Positions 39,775-49,512 of a stretch of DNA of 64,000 bases are shown here, piece after piece. The DNA comes from Candidatus Nomurabacteria bacterium (GTDB lineage: Bacteria > Patescibacteriota > Minisyncoccia > Phycocordibacterales > SBAW01): NCBI GenBank assembly GCA_943356415.1, contig CALREW010000001.1, positions 80,528-144,527 of the forward strand, given 5' to 3'. The notes under the pieces are model-generated. The model was not told the origin of the DNA and ran no database searches. It saw only the letters and a program-made list of their open reading frames with translations. The position numbers and the translations under genes were made by a program. Each line of letters starts with the position of its first letter. Positions within the stretch are counted from its first letter, which is position 1.

Positions 39775-40824
39775 ATGCATGTGTATGTAGGACTCTCAGG
39801 CGGCGTGGATTCGTCCGTTGCCGCACACCTTCTCCTCAAAGCAGGACATCAGGTGACCGGTGTGTTTATCCGTACCTGGCAGCCTTCGCACGTGCCGTGT
39901 ACTCAGCCGGATGATGAGCGCTCGGCTCTTCAGGCAGCCCTGTACCTCGGCATACCATTTTTCACATTGGATTTGTCGAAATTGTACCGAAACGAAGTAG
40001 GCACACATTTTATCGAAGGGTATTCGCGTGGCGAGACGCCAAATCCTGACGTTCTTTGCAACAGAGAAGTTAAGTTCGGAGGTTTTCTTTCATACGCACT
40101 TGCGCACGGTGCGGATGCGGTTGCAACAGGCCATTATGCTCGCGTCAAAAAAGAAGAAGGAACGTTTTCATTACTTCGTGGCGTTGATCCGCAAAAAGAT
40201 CAGAGTTACTTTTTGTCGCTCCTTTCACAAGAACAACTTTCTCACACGCTTTTCCCCCTTGGTGAATATACGAAAGAAGAAGTGCGCCGCATTGCCTCTT
40301 CGATCGACCTACCGAATGCCGCACGGAAAGATAGTCAGGGCATCTGTTTTCTTGGAGCAATTGATCTCGAGGAATTTTTATCCGCGTATATCGATATCAC
40401 GCCAGGTGTTGTGCTTGATCAAAGCGGAATGCCGATTGGAACACACCGTGGCGCACCGTTATATACGCTGGGTGAGCGGCACGGGTTTACCATTGAAAAG
40501 AAATCTGGAAATCACGATGAGCCGCTCTATATCAGTGCAATTAACGTCTCTGAAAATACGGTCACTGCCGTCTCTCAGCAAAACCTACCGAGTTACAGAA
40601 GGCTGCGCCTCCGCGATGTTGTTGACCGAGGTGCTCAAAAAAATGCCATCTACCAGGCGCAGGTGCGATATCACGGAGGAAAATATTCCGCACAGGCAAC
40701 GCAGGAGCATAACGGCTGGATCATTGTCTTAAAAGAAGGCGTTTTGGTTTCACCTGGACAAACCGTCGTTCTCTACGAAAACGATACACTTGTCCTCGCT
40801 GGGATACTCACAGAGGTCGCGTAG
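39775..40824 (+). CDS. mnmA: tRNA-specific 2-thiouridylase
   Basis: VGLSGGVDSSVAA PP-loop and CNREVKFG...GADAVATGHYAR. Confidence 0.9.
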   Translation: MHVYVGLSGGVDSSVAAHLLLKAGHQVTGVFIRTWQPSHVPCTQPDDERSALQAALYLGIPFFTLDLSKLYRNEVGTHFIEGYSRGETPNPDVLCNREVKFGGFLSYALAHGADAVATGHYARVKKEEGTFSLLRGVDPQKDQSYFLSLLSQEQLSHTLFPLGEYTKEEVRRIASSIDLPNAARKDSQGICFLGAIDLEEFLSAYIDITPGVVLDQSGMPIGTHRGAPLYTLGERHGFTIEKKSGNHDEPLYISAINVSENTVTAVSQQNLPSYRRLRLRDVVDRGAQKNAIYQAQVRYHGGKYSAQATQEHNGWIIVLKEGVLVSPGQTVVLYENDTLVLAGILTEVA

Positions 40825-40854
40825 ACGAGCGTAGGAGCAGGGTATACTTCTTCC

Positions 40855-41286
40855 ATGGAAGCACGACGAGCCGGGAGCGTCATCATCATATTTATTGCGA
40901 TTCTTGTTATTGCCTGGGCTGCCATTTATTTCGGACCTCGGTACTATGGCGCCAAATCAGTTCAAAGTACGCCGGTACAAAATACGGCAGCGGTAGCACA
41001 AAGCATTACGTTAATGCATTCAGTCAAAGGAGACACTCATTCGTACGTCGGAGAGATCGAAACACCGACGCCGTGCGAAAACCTTTCAGCAGCAGTTGAA
41101 GTGAGATACTCACGCCCTCCGCACGGCACCATTGCGCTTACAACCGAACCTCAAAAGGATGCTGTTTGCGCTCAAGTTGTCACAAAACAACCGTTCTCGA
41201 TATCGTTTATGAGTACAGAGACTCCAGAAGTGAGTCTGACGCTCAACGGGGAAGTACGTCAGGTTTCGATCGCGGAGAGTCAGTAA
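40855..41286 (+). CDS. Hypothetical membrane-anchored protein (143 aa)
   Basis: ORF with an N-terminal TM helix. Confidence 0.4.
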   Translation: MEARRAGSVIIIFIAILVIAWAAIYFGPRYYGAKSVQSTPVQNTAAVAQSITLMHSVKGDTHSYVGEIETPTPCENLSAAVEVRYSRPPHGTIALTTEPQKDAVCAQVVTKQPFSISFMSTETPEVSLTLNGEVRQVSIAESQ

Positions 41287-41288
41287 CC

Positions 41289-42095
41289 ATGCTTGTTGTT
41301 AAAGCTGACGGTACACAAGAGACGTTCGAGAGGGCGAAGCTTGAATCATCGCTTACAAAAGCAGGTGCTTCTGCAGAAGATATCGCTGCAATCGCAGATA
41401 TTGTTGAACGTACGCTTGCGCCGAATATGTCCACGGCGGCAATCTATCGAAACGCTTTTACGCTCTTACGAAAACGCGAAGCGGGAACGGCCGCGCGCTA
41501 TAGCCTGAAGCGCGCAGTCCTTGAGTTCGGTCCATCCGGGTTTCCTTTTGAGGCATACCTTGCCGAAGTGTTCCGAACTGAAGGATTTGAAGCTACGACA
41601 AACGCCATAAGTCAGGGCGCCTGTGTAGAACACGAGATTGACGTGCTTTTACATAAAGACGGCATCAAAACCTACGTTGAAGCTAAGTTCCACAACACCC
41701 CAGGATTCAAAACGGATCTTAAAGTAGTTCTCTATGTCAAGGCGCGCATCGACGATATCAACAAGCGTGAAGGTGAAAGCGTGCGTGGTTTGGTGGTGAC
41801 AAATACGAAATTTACCGACATGGCCCGTCGATATGCGGAATGCGCAGGGCTACCGATTTTGGGATGGGACTATCCAGACGTGGACAACTTGCATCAACGC
41901 ATCGAACAGTCGGGACTCTACCCAGTGACCGCACTTACCTCACTCTCGCGTCGCGAAAAGCTTCTCCTCTTGTCTCAAAAAGTAGTTCTCTGTAACGGTC
42001 TTCTGCGTCATACGGACGCGCTTCGTAGCCTCGGAATCTCTCAAGGGAGACACGCACGATTGACCCAAGAAATAGGCGCATTGTGCCGAACCTGA
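41289..42095 (+). CDS. ATP-cone domain fused to an Mrr-like (PD-(D/E)XK) restriction-endonuclease domain
   Basis: N-terminal ~90 aa resembles the NrdR/RNR ATP-cone (MLVVKADGTQETFERAKLESSL...); the C-terminal part has an E...D...EAK Mrr_cat-like core. The start is taken at MLVVK (ATG at 41289). Confidence 0.55.
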   Translation: MLVVKADGTQETFERAKLESSLTKAGASAEDIAAIADIVERTLAPNMSTAAIYRNAFTLLRKREAGTAARYSLKRAVLEFGPSGFPFEAYLAEVFRTEGFEATTNAISQGACVEHEIDVLLHKDGIKTYVEAKFHNTPGFKTDLKVVLYVKARIDDINKREGESVRGLVVTNTKFTDMARRYAECAGLPILGWDYPDVDNLHQRIEQSGLYPVTALTSLSRREKLLLLSQKVVLCNGLLRHTDALRSLGISQGRHARLTQEIGALCRT

Positions 42096-42133
42096 GGCGA
42101 AGTATAATCGGGCCATACCAGTAACGTATCTCT

Positions 42134-42688
42134 ATGGCCGAAACTCCTGCAGAACATAAGAATCTCTACACGCTTGCATACGTCACGGCCGCAGCGCTTG
42201 TGGGTCTGGTTCTCGGCATTCTTATCGCGTGGGCTTTTTTCATCGATAAAGGAACGCTTTCTGCAGTACGGGATGTAGAAATACCAAATCTTAGTTTCGA
42301 CGGAACGTCGACTGTCGATGTACGTAGTGCGACAGTGCGACGCGAGCCTATTGAAACCGATCATGTCGTGACGACTGATGCGTTGATTGTGGCAGACCAG
42401 CCCGCAGGTATGACCGTCATCATTGCGCACGCGGCCCTCGAAGAGGGGCAATGGGTTGTCATTCATGAAGACAAAGACGGAACACTTGGAAACGTTCTCG
42501 GTGCTGCCCGTTTTATTGGCGGTGCACACGATGGAGCAGTTGAGCTTTTACGTGCAACCATAGCGGGAGCAACGTATCACGCGATTGTATACGCCGATAA
42601 CGGTGACCGGGCTTTCTCGCTTCGCGACGACACCCCACTTACCGATGTCTCGGGTACCGTAAAAGGTGTTGCTTTTAGCGCTCAGTAG
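42134..42688 (+). CDS. Hypothetical membrane-anchored protein with internal duplication (184 aa)
   Basis: ORF with an N-terminal TM helix and two similar ~50-aa segments. Confidence 0.4.
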   Translation: MAETPAEHKNLYTLAYVTAAALVGLVLGILIAWAFFIDKGTLSAVRDVEIPNLSFDGTSTVDVRSATVRREPIETDHVVTTDALIVADQPAGMTVIIAHAALEEGQWVVIHEDKDGTLGNVLGAARFIGGAHDGAVELLRATIAGATYHAIVYADNGDRAFSLRDDTPLTDVSGTVKGVAFSAQ

Positions 42689-42735
42689 CGCCTAATGCCT
42701 AGCGCCTAGTTGCTCGCGCTTGGTATACTCCTTCC

Positions 42736-43581
42736 GTGAGCGACTACTACAAAGTTCATCGGAACCCAGAGTGGAACTATGGCGGGAAGCATTTTCGGCT
42801 GTCCCGCTCCAAAATCGATCTTTTTCTAAACTGCCCTCGCTGCTTCTACATCGATAACAAGCTTGGCACCGCACGTCCGCCTGGCTATCCGTTCAATCTC
42901 AACAACGCCGTTGATGAACTTTTGAAAAAGGAGTTTGACGTCCATCGCGCAAATGGAACACAGCACCCACTTGCGGCAGCATACGGCGTCGATGCAATTC
43001 CGCTTAAACACGCACAACTCGATGCATGGAGAGACGCACTTAAACGCGGCGTTGAGCACGTGCATACGCCCACCGGCATCACGGTACGCGGAGGTGTTGA
43101 CGATGTTTGGGTGAGACCAAATGGAGAACTTATCGTTGTTGACTATAAAGCCACGAGCAAGAATGGTCACATTACTGAGCTCGACGCTGACTGGCACATC
43201 GGCTACAAACGCCAAATGGAGGTCTATCAGTGGCTTTTTCGACAAAACGGCTTCCAAGTATCGGACATGGGCTACTTCGTCTATGCGAATGCAAGTAAAG
43301 ATAAAGAAGCGTTTGACGCAAAGCTCGAATTTGAAGTAACCCTCGTGCCGTACATCGGCGATGCGTCGTGGGTAGATGGAACACTTCTTGAACTTAAAGC
43401 ATGCCTTGATAGCGCGAGCGCTCCAGCTGCAGCGGACGATTGCGACTACTGCAGGTACCGCGAAGCTGCAGGTAAAGCGCTCCTCGCATTGCAGCTAGGG
43501 AAGGCAGTTCCTGCGGCAGTAAAGAGTAAGCCAATAAAAAAAGTTTCTAATGCGGAAAACCCAAACGACAGCCTATTCTAA
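42736..43581 (+). CDS. Cas4/RecB-like PD-(D/E)XK nuclease with four-Cys cluster (stand-alone)
   Basis: N-terminal CPRCFY, core ELIVVDYKATS (D-x-(D/E)-x-K) and C-terminal CDYCRY. This architecture matches Cas4/DUF83 with a 4Fe-4S cluster. Confidence 0.6.
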   Translation: MSDYYKVHRNPEWNYGGKHFRLSRSKIDLFLNCPRCFYIDNKLGTARPPGYPFNLNNAVDELLKKEFDVHRANGTQHPLAAAYGVDAIPLKHAQLDAWRDALKRGVEHVHTPTGITVRGGVDDVWVRPNGELIVVDYKATSKNGHITELDADWHIGYKRQMEVYQWLFRQNGFQVSDMGYFVYANASKDKEAFDAKLEFEVTLVPYIGDASWVDGTLLELKACLDSASAPAAADDCDYCRYREAAGKALLALQLGKAVPAAVKSKPIKKVSNAENPNDSLF

Positions 43582-43870
43582 TTTTGACGCGTTCAAAAAA
43601 TCTTTTGCTGACCGCGTCCATGCCGTTGTCCGCGATATCCCAAAGGGAGAGATGATGACGTACGGGGAAGTGGCCTATAAAGCGGGTTATCCAGGCGCTG
43701 CGCGAGCCGTTGGAACGCTTATGAGAAACGCCATTGACCCGGCACTGCCATTTCACCGCGTGGTGTTGGCGAGCGGAAAGATAGGCAAGGACCGTAACGC
43801 TATGAAGCGCGCAGTAAAATTAAAGACTGAACAGAAATCAAATGTGCGTAACCCGGGTTACGCACATTAG
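43550..43870 (+). CDS. Alkyltransferase-like protein (MGMT DNA-binding fold with Phe replacing the catalytic Cys)
   Basis: MTYGEVAYKAGYPGAARAVGTLMRNA...LPFHRVV corresponds to the O6-methylguanine methyltransferase helix-turn-helix and the PCHRV motif, but with PFHRV. Confidence 0.6.
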   Translation: MRKTQTTAYSNFDAFKKSFADRVHAVVRDIPKGEMMTYGEVAYKAGYPGAARAVGTLMRNAIDPALPFHRVVLASGKIGKDRNAMKRAVKLKTEQKSNVRNPGYAH

Positions 43871-44544
43871 GATACCCAGTCGATTTCATTACGGCCGTGT
43901 TCGCGGAGGTATTCGTTCGCTGCTTTGAAGTGGCCGTTGCCTAAAAAGCCTCGGTGCGCAGAAAGCGGTGAAGGATGTGCCGATTTTAGAACAAGATGCT
44001 TGGTCCAATCGATAAGGACTTCCTTTTTTCCAGCAAAGGAGCCCCAGAGCATGAATACAATATTTTCTTTTGCGTCGGAGAGACTTTTAATCACTGCATC
44101 AGTAAACTCGTGCCAACCGAAACTTTCATGAGAGTTTGCCTGTCCGGAAGCAACTGAGAGTGATGCGTTTAGTAGCAAAACACCTTGCGTGGCCCAACGG
44201 GCAAGGTCTGGGTTTCGATTGATTGGACCGCCATACTCCGCCTCAATTTCTTTGAACATATTAAGGAGTGACGGGGGAATTGAATTTGTGCTCTCCGTTG
44301 AAAAAGCTAAACCATGCGCCACCCCAGGCGTGTGATATGGGTCTTGTCCAAGTATGACGACTTTTACTTCAGCGGGAGGAACAAGCTCTAGTGCACGAAA
44401 AATTTGTGAAGGTGGAGGATATACCGCGCCTTTTAAATAGGCGTGCCGGACTTTCTCGCGCAGCTCTACAAAATAAGCTTTTCCAAACTCAGCAGAAAGG
44501 AGCTCCTTCCACTCAGTGCGTAGCTTTACGTCCTCGCCAGCCAT
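43867..44544 (-). CDS. ung: Uracil-DNA glycosylase, family 1
   Basis: GQDPYH motif and the overall UNG length and order. Confidence 0.85.
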   Translation of the reverse strand: MAGEDVKLRTEWKELLSAEFGKAYFVELREKVRHAYLKGAVYPPPSQIFRALELVPPAEVKVVILGQDPYHTPGVAHGLAFSTESTNSIPPSLLNMFKEIEAEYGGPINRNPDLARWATQGVLLLNASLSVASGQANSHESFGWHEFTDAVIKSLSDAKENIVFMLWGSFAGKKEVLIDWTKHLVLKSAHPSPLSAHRGFLGNGHFKAANEYLREHGRNEIDWVS

Positions 44545-44606
44545 GGGAGCCAGTCTACCACTGACAATTTTGCGAAAAAGCGAGGAGCGTATAGGCTAGT
44601 ACACAT

Positions 44607-45086
44607 ATGTGGTTTATTTTGGCGCTATTTTCGGCACTCACCGCGGCCCTCGTTGCAATATTTGGCAAGCTTGGTCTTAAAGGAATTGACACGACCCTCG
44701 CCACGTCGGTCCGCTCGGTTATCATGGCTGTCTTTTTAGTATCAGCAGCAGGAGTGCTCGGTAAATTTCAAGGATTTTCGATCCACTCATTCTCAAGCAA
44801 AGGCTGGACGTACATTATCCTGGCCGGACTTGCCGGAGCTGCGTCCTGGCTCTTCTACTTTTGGGCCCTTAAACTTGGGCCGGCATCGGCTGTCGCAGCC
44901 ATAGACCGCCTTTCAATCGTATTTGTAGTTATTGTGGCGGCGCTTGTTTTAGGTGAGACGTTTTCGCGTTATACCGCAGCCGGCGCGTTGTTGGTTGTTA
45001 TGGGAGCACTTCTTATTGCCTTTGATAGCAAAGCCGTTTCCTACATTGGAGTACTCGGCAAAGGAGCTCTCGCACTTTTTAAATAG
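44607..45086 (+). CDS. EamA-like (DMT superfamily) small transporter
   Basis: 4-5 TM helices with an EamA-like pattern. Confidence 0.55.
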   Translation: MWFILALFSALTAALVAIFGKLGLKGIDTTLATSVRSVIMAVFLVSAAGVLGKFQGFSIHSFSSKGWTYIILAGLAGAASWLFYFWALKLGPASAVAAIDRLSIVFVVIVAALVLGETFSRYTAAGALLVVMGALLIAFDSKAVSYIGVLGKGALALFK

Positions 45087-45091
45087 CACCT

Positions 45092-46846
45092 ATGCAGACA
45101 ACTTGGAACTTTAAGAAATTTTTCTACGAGTCAATTAATGACCCGCAGATAGATAAAGACGTTGCCGCGATGAAACGCGCCTACGATGCGTTTGCAAAAA
45201 AATACGAGAAGCGCACGGACTATCTAAAAGATTCAGGGAAATTGGCCGCAGCGCTCAAGGAATACGAGCGGTTCTCTCGTGCCGTAGGACACGCAAAGCC
45301 TATTCTCTACTTGATGTACGTCAAAGAACTCGATAACCGCAATACTGCCGCAGAAGGAAAGCTTAATAAACTTTCACTTGATATGACGCCGTACGAGAAC
45401 AAGATAATGTTTTTTGGTCTTCGTCTTGGAAAAATAGCAAAGCCCCTCCAGGCAAAGATGTTGAAAGACATCCGGCTCGTTTCGTATCGGTACATGCTCA
45501 CAAAAATATTTGAGACCGCTAAGTACGACCTGACTGAAGCTGAAGAAAAGATTCTTAACTTGAAGTCACTCACCGGTCGCTCCATGTGGGTAGACGGTGT
45601 CGACCGGGTGGTAAATCGCCTCACGGTGTCGTGGAAAGGGAAGGAGATGCCTATCAATGAAGCCATGGGGGTGGTGAGCAGTTTGCCGCGCAAAGAACGC
45701 CTTTTGCTCCATAGCGCCATCATGCAGAAACTGAATGTTGCGGCAGATTTCGCAGAGAGCGAGATGAATGCCATCGTTACTGATAAAAAAATAAATGACG
45801 AACTGCGAGGTTTTAAAAATCCATGGACCGGAACTATCCTCGGGTACCAAAACGACGAAAAGTCGATACTCGGACTCGTTGACGCAGTGACTGATGCATT
45901 CAAAATGAGCCATCGCTTTTACAAAGTAAAAGCAAAACTTCTCGGTGTTAAAACACTGAGCTATGCGGACCGCAGCGCCCCGATTGGTAAGGTCCAAACA
46001 AAAATACCTTTCAAGGAAGCAGTCGCGCGCTACCGTGCGGTACTCGCTTCTATTGATAGCGAGTACGTGGACATTCTCGATCGCTTTTTGAGGGACGGCC
46101 AGATTGATGTGTACCCAAAGCTTGGTAAAAGCGGCGGAGCGTATTGCTCAAGCAATACTGACTCGCCAACGCTCGTGCTCCTCAACCACACCGATGACTT
46201 CAAGTCATTTATGACGCTCGCACATGAAATGGGGCACGCCATTCATGCCGAGATGAGCAAGAAGCAACCGCACTTCTACCAAGGGCACACCATTTCTGTT
46301 GCAGAGACGGCGAGTACACTTTTTGAACAGTTGACGTTTGAAGCTGTTTTTAAAACTCTCCCGAAAGATGAGCAGTTGATTGCACTACACGATCGCATTA
46401 ACGACGATATCTCAACCATCTTTAGACAGATAGCGTTTTTTAACTTTGAAAAAGAGCTTCACCTCACCATTCGTGCAAAAGGAAAACTTACCAAAGAAGA
46501 GATCGGCTCACTTCTAAACAAGCACATGGCGGCCTATATGGGTCCAGTGACGAAGTTTAATCCTGAAGACGGCAACTTCTTTATCGTTGTGTCACACTTT
46601 CGCCGCTTCTTCTACGTCTACGCCTACACGTACGGCCAGCTTATCTCGCGTGCAATGTGCGAGGCCTATCAAAAAGACAACGCGTTCGGCAGCCAGATAA
46701 AGCAGTTCCTCACTGATGGGGAAAGCAAAACGCCTGAGCAGATATTTAAAGATATCGGCATCGACACGAGCAAACGTTCATTTTTTGAAGCCGGACTTAA
46801 GAGTGTCGAGAAAGATATTGCCCGGTTGGAGCGGCTCGCTCGCTAG
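45092..46846 (+). CDS. pepF: Oligoendopeptidase F (M3B metallopeptidase)
   Basis: HEMGHAIH (HExxH) and the overall M3 layout. Confidence 0.85.
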   Translation: MQTTWNFKKFFYESINDPQIDKDVAAMKRAYDAFAKKYEKRTDYLKDSGKLAAALKEYERFSRAVGHAKPILYLMYVKELDNRNTAAEGKLNKLSLDMTPYENKIMFFGLRLGKIAKPLQAKMLKDIRLVSYRYMLTKIFETAKYDLTEAEEKILNLKSLTGRSMWVDGVDRVVNRLTVSWKGKEMPINEAMGVVSSLPRKERLLLHSAIMQKLNVAADFAESEMNAIVTDKKINDELRGFKNPWTGTILGYQNDEKSILGLVDAVTDAFKMSHRFYKVKAKLLGVKTLSYADRSAPIGKVQTKIPFKEAVARYRAVLASIDSEYVDILDRFLRDGQIDVYPKLGKSGGAYCSSNTDSPTLVLLNHTDDFKSFMTLAHEMGHAIHAEMSKKQPHFYQGHTISVAETASTLFEQLTFEAVFKTLPKDEQLIALHDRINDDISTIFRQIAFFNFEKELHLTIRAKGKLTKEEIGSLLNKHMAAYMGPVTKFNPEDGNFFIVVSHFRRFFYVYAYTYGQLISRAMCEAYQKDNAFGSQIKQFLTDGESKTPEQIFKDIGIDTSKRSFFEAGLKSVEKDIARLERLAR

Positions 46847-46914
46847 ATATTGACTACTGGCAAATTTGATTTTATAATCAAATTCGCTGCATATTTTCAC
46901 AACGGGAGCCTCGG

Positions 46915-47367
46915 ATGGGCCTGAAAAATTTTGCCTACGCGTTGTTTATCGCGTCAGCCTTCGTGGCCTGGCCGATTCTTGGCAAGTGGTCGGGGGCCGG
47001 CGGTGCCTGGACAAGCAACGTGGTCATCGTCGCGTCGCTCATCACCTCTGTCGTGTTCACCTACCGACAGATGGCTGAAGAGGCGCTTCCGTCGTGGACG
47101 GCGTTCGTCGTGCTCGCTGTCGCTGGCCTCATCAACGGCCTCGCCGTACTGATGTATTCCAACCGGACGGCAACGGCAGATGCACAAACCACCATCTTCA
47201 TGGCAGTCGTAATGACGCTGATGGTGGTGCTGACGCCCATCGCCAATCGTCTCCTCAACAACGAGCAGATCACGCTCACGCAAGGCCTGGGGTTCGTCCT
47301 CATCGTCGGCGGCGTGATCCTGCTCACGGTCAAGGACTTCGCGGCTGTTGCCGCGACACTCCGGTGA
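46915..47367 (+). CDS. Hypothetical 4-TM membrane protein in a high-GC (~62%) single-gene patch
   Basis: ORF followed by the hairpin GGGGCTGCCA-GCAA-TGGCAGCCCC at 47381-47404. Confidence 0.45.
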   Translation: MGLKNFAYALFIASAFVAWPILGKWSGAGGAWTSNVVIVASLITSVVFTYRQMAEEALPSWTAFVVLAVAGLINGLAVLMYSNRTATADAQTTIFMAVVMTLMVVLTPIANRLLNNEQITLTQGLGFVLIVGGVILLTVKDFAAVAATLR

Positions 47368-47454
47368 CGCATCTCAGCAGGGGCTGCCAGCAATGGCAGC
47401 CCCGCGCTCGTTTAAGCCTTTATTTTTCATACTGAACGAGATATTCTCTCCTTT

Positions 47455-49344
47455 ATGACTTTGGACGAAATACGAGGTAAATATCTTGGCTTTATGCAGG
47501 CTCGTGAGCATGCGGTTATTGCCTCTGCTCCGCTTGTCCCTGAAAACGACCCGACCACTCTTTTTACTGGCTCTGGTATGCAGCCGCTCGTCCCATATCT
47601 TCTCGGCAAGGATCATCCAGCAGGGGTGCGCCTCGTTAACTCGCAGAAGTCGTTCCGCGCAGAAGATATTGAAGAAGTAGGTGACAACCGTCACACCACA
47701 TTTTTTGAAATGCTTGGAAACTGGTCATTGGGTGACTATTTCAAGCGTAACCAGCTTCGCTGGTTCTTTACGTTTCTTACTGACGAAAAAGAAGGGGTGA
47801 ATCTAGATCCGTCTCGCCTCTATGTCACCGTTTTTTCTGGAGATGCAGGCGCAAATATTCCTCGCGACACTGAAGCGGTAGAAGTATGGAAAGAACTTTT
47901 TGCAGAGCGCGGCATTGAAGCCGCTGACATTGAGCTTTTGACAGAAGAAAAAGGGAGCGAACTTGGCATGCAAGGTGGACGTATCTTCTATTACGACGCA
48001 AAGAAAAATTGGTGGTCGCGCGCTGGACGTCCAGAAAAAATGCCTGCAGGTGAACCAGGCGGTCCGGATTCCGAAGTCTTTTTTGATTTTTACCCGCAAG
48101 CTGGAAACAAGTGCATCACTCCTGGGTGGGGACCGCTTTGCCATCCGAACTGCGATTGTGGACGTTTTATGGAGATAGGGAACTCTGTTTTTATGGAGTA
48201 CCTGAAGAAAGACGACGGTACATTCGGTAAATTACCCAAGCGCAACGTCGACTTCGGTGGAGGACTGGAGCGCATTGCTGCTGCGTCCGAGGATAGTCCT
48301 GACGTTTTCAAAATAGATATTTTTGCCGGCATGGTTGCCACCCTCGAAAAACTTTCTGGCTCGGAGTACGAAGATGTGCAGAAAATAAAGTCATTCCGCG
48401 TTGTGGCTGACCATATCCGTGCGGCCATGTTCCTTATTGGAGACGGCGTTATCCCAGGCAATGTTGAGCAAGGCTACTTCGTGCGCCGCCTTATTCGTCG
48501 CGCGGTACAGCACGCAGACAAGCTCGGCGTACCTCCCGGCAAGCTAGCCGACCTCATCGAACCATCTGCAGCGCTCTACAGTAGCCATTACGAGAACCTA
48601 GCGCGAGATGCAGGCAAGATTGCCAAGGAAGTACGTGATGAGGAAGAACGTTTTCGTAAAACTCTTGAGCGTGGTCTTAAAGAATTCGACAAACATGCCT
48701 ACGGAGATTCTATTTCTGGAGAAGATGCGTTTATCCTTTTTACTACCTACGGTTTTCCCATTGAGCTTGTTAAAGAGATTGCGGTTGAACGTGGCATGAA
48801 GGTTGACGAAGAGGGTTTCAAAATGGCGATGCTAAAGCATCAGGAGCTTTCGCGCTCGGGTTCTGAGCAAAAGTTTAAAGGTGGTCTCGCTGATCACTCT
48901 GAAATGTCCGTCAAATATCATACCGGCACCCACTTGCTTCATAAAGCACTTCGAGATGTTCTTGGTCCTTCCGCGACACAAAAAGGAAGCAACATCACGC
49001 CTGAGCGACTTCGTTTTGACTTTGCATTTGAACGGAAGATGACCCCTGATGAAATATCGACTGTGGAGAATGCAGTTAACGCCCGTATTAAAGAGGCAAT
49101 TCCTGTTACCTTTGAAGACCTTTCGCTCGAGGAAGCACAGAAGCGCGGAGCGCTCGGTCTTTTTGAGGAAAAATATGGCGACAAAGTGCGTGTGTATAAA
49201 ATAGGGGATTACAGCTTGGAGTTCTGTGGTGGCCCGCACGTAGAAAACACCGCGAAGCTCGGCGAGGACGGCAAACGTTTTAAAATACAGAAAGAAGAAG
49301 CTATTTCCGCAGGGGTGCGACGTATTCGCGCAGTGCTTGTATAG
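47455..49344 (+). CDS. alaS: Alanyl-tRNA synthetase, 629 aa form lacking the C-terminal C-Ala domain
   Basis: Catalytic core (HTTFFEMLGNWSLGDYFK), an editing-domain HxxxH (HTGTHLLH) and CGGPHV. Confidence 0.85.
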   Translation: MTLDEIRGKYLGFMQAREHAVIASAPLVPENDPTTLFTGSGMQPLVPYLLGKDHPAGVRLVNSQKSFRAEDIEEVGDNRHTTFFEMLGNWSLGDYFKRNQLRWFFTFLTDEKEGVNLDPSRLYVTVFSGDAGANIPRDTEAVEVWKELFAERGIEAADIELLTEEKGSELGMQGGRIFYYDAKKNWWSRAGRPEKMPAGEPGGPDSEVFFDFYPQAGNKCITPGWGPLCHPNCDCGRFMEIGNSVFMEYLKKDDGTFGKLPKRNVDFGGGLERIAAASEDSPDVFKIDIFAGMVATLEKLSGSEYEDVQKIKSFRVVADHIRAAMFLIGDGVIPGNVEQGYFVRRLIRRAVQHADKLGVPPGKLADLIEPSAALYSSHYENLARDAGKIAKEVRDEEERFRKTLERGLKEFDKHAYGDSISGEDAFILFTTYGFPIELVKEIAVERGMKVDEEGFKMAMLKHQELSRSGSEQKFKGGLADHSEMSVKYHTGTHLLHKALRDVLGPSATQKGSNITPERLRFDFAFERKMTPDEISTVENAVNARIKEAIPVTFEDLSLEEAQKRGALGLFEEKYGDKVRVYKIGDYSLEFCGGPHVENTAKLGEDGKRFKIQKEEAISAGVRRIRAVLV

Positions 49345-49360
49345 GAGAATTTAGAAGTAC

Positions 49361-49392
49361 TTGACTAATACTACTTTATGTAGTAGTATTAG
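49361..49392 (+). promoter_or_regulatory. Promoter-like element (TTGACT-17-TAGTAT) overlapped by an 11-bp perfect palindrome (CTAATACTACT/AGTAGTATTAG)
   Basis: Read directly in the AT-rich spacer upstream of the high-GC ORF at 49513. Confidence 0.35.
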
Positions 49393-49512
49393 CTAAGTGC
49401 AACAGCCCGAGCCGAGGCGCCTATACAAAGGCATTAAAATATCGGCACTGTACGGCCTAGCGAGCCGCATAGAAAAGAAGGGCCCCGCTAATGCAAGCGC
49501 ATAGGGGTTTCA

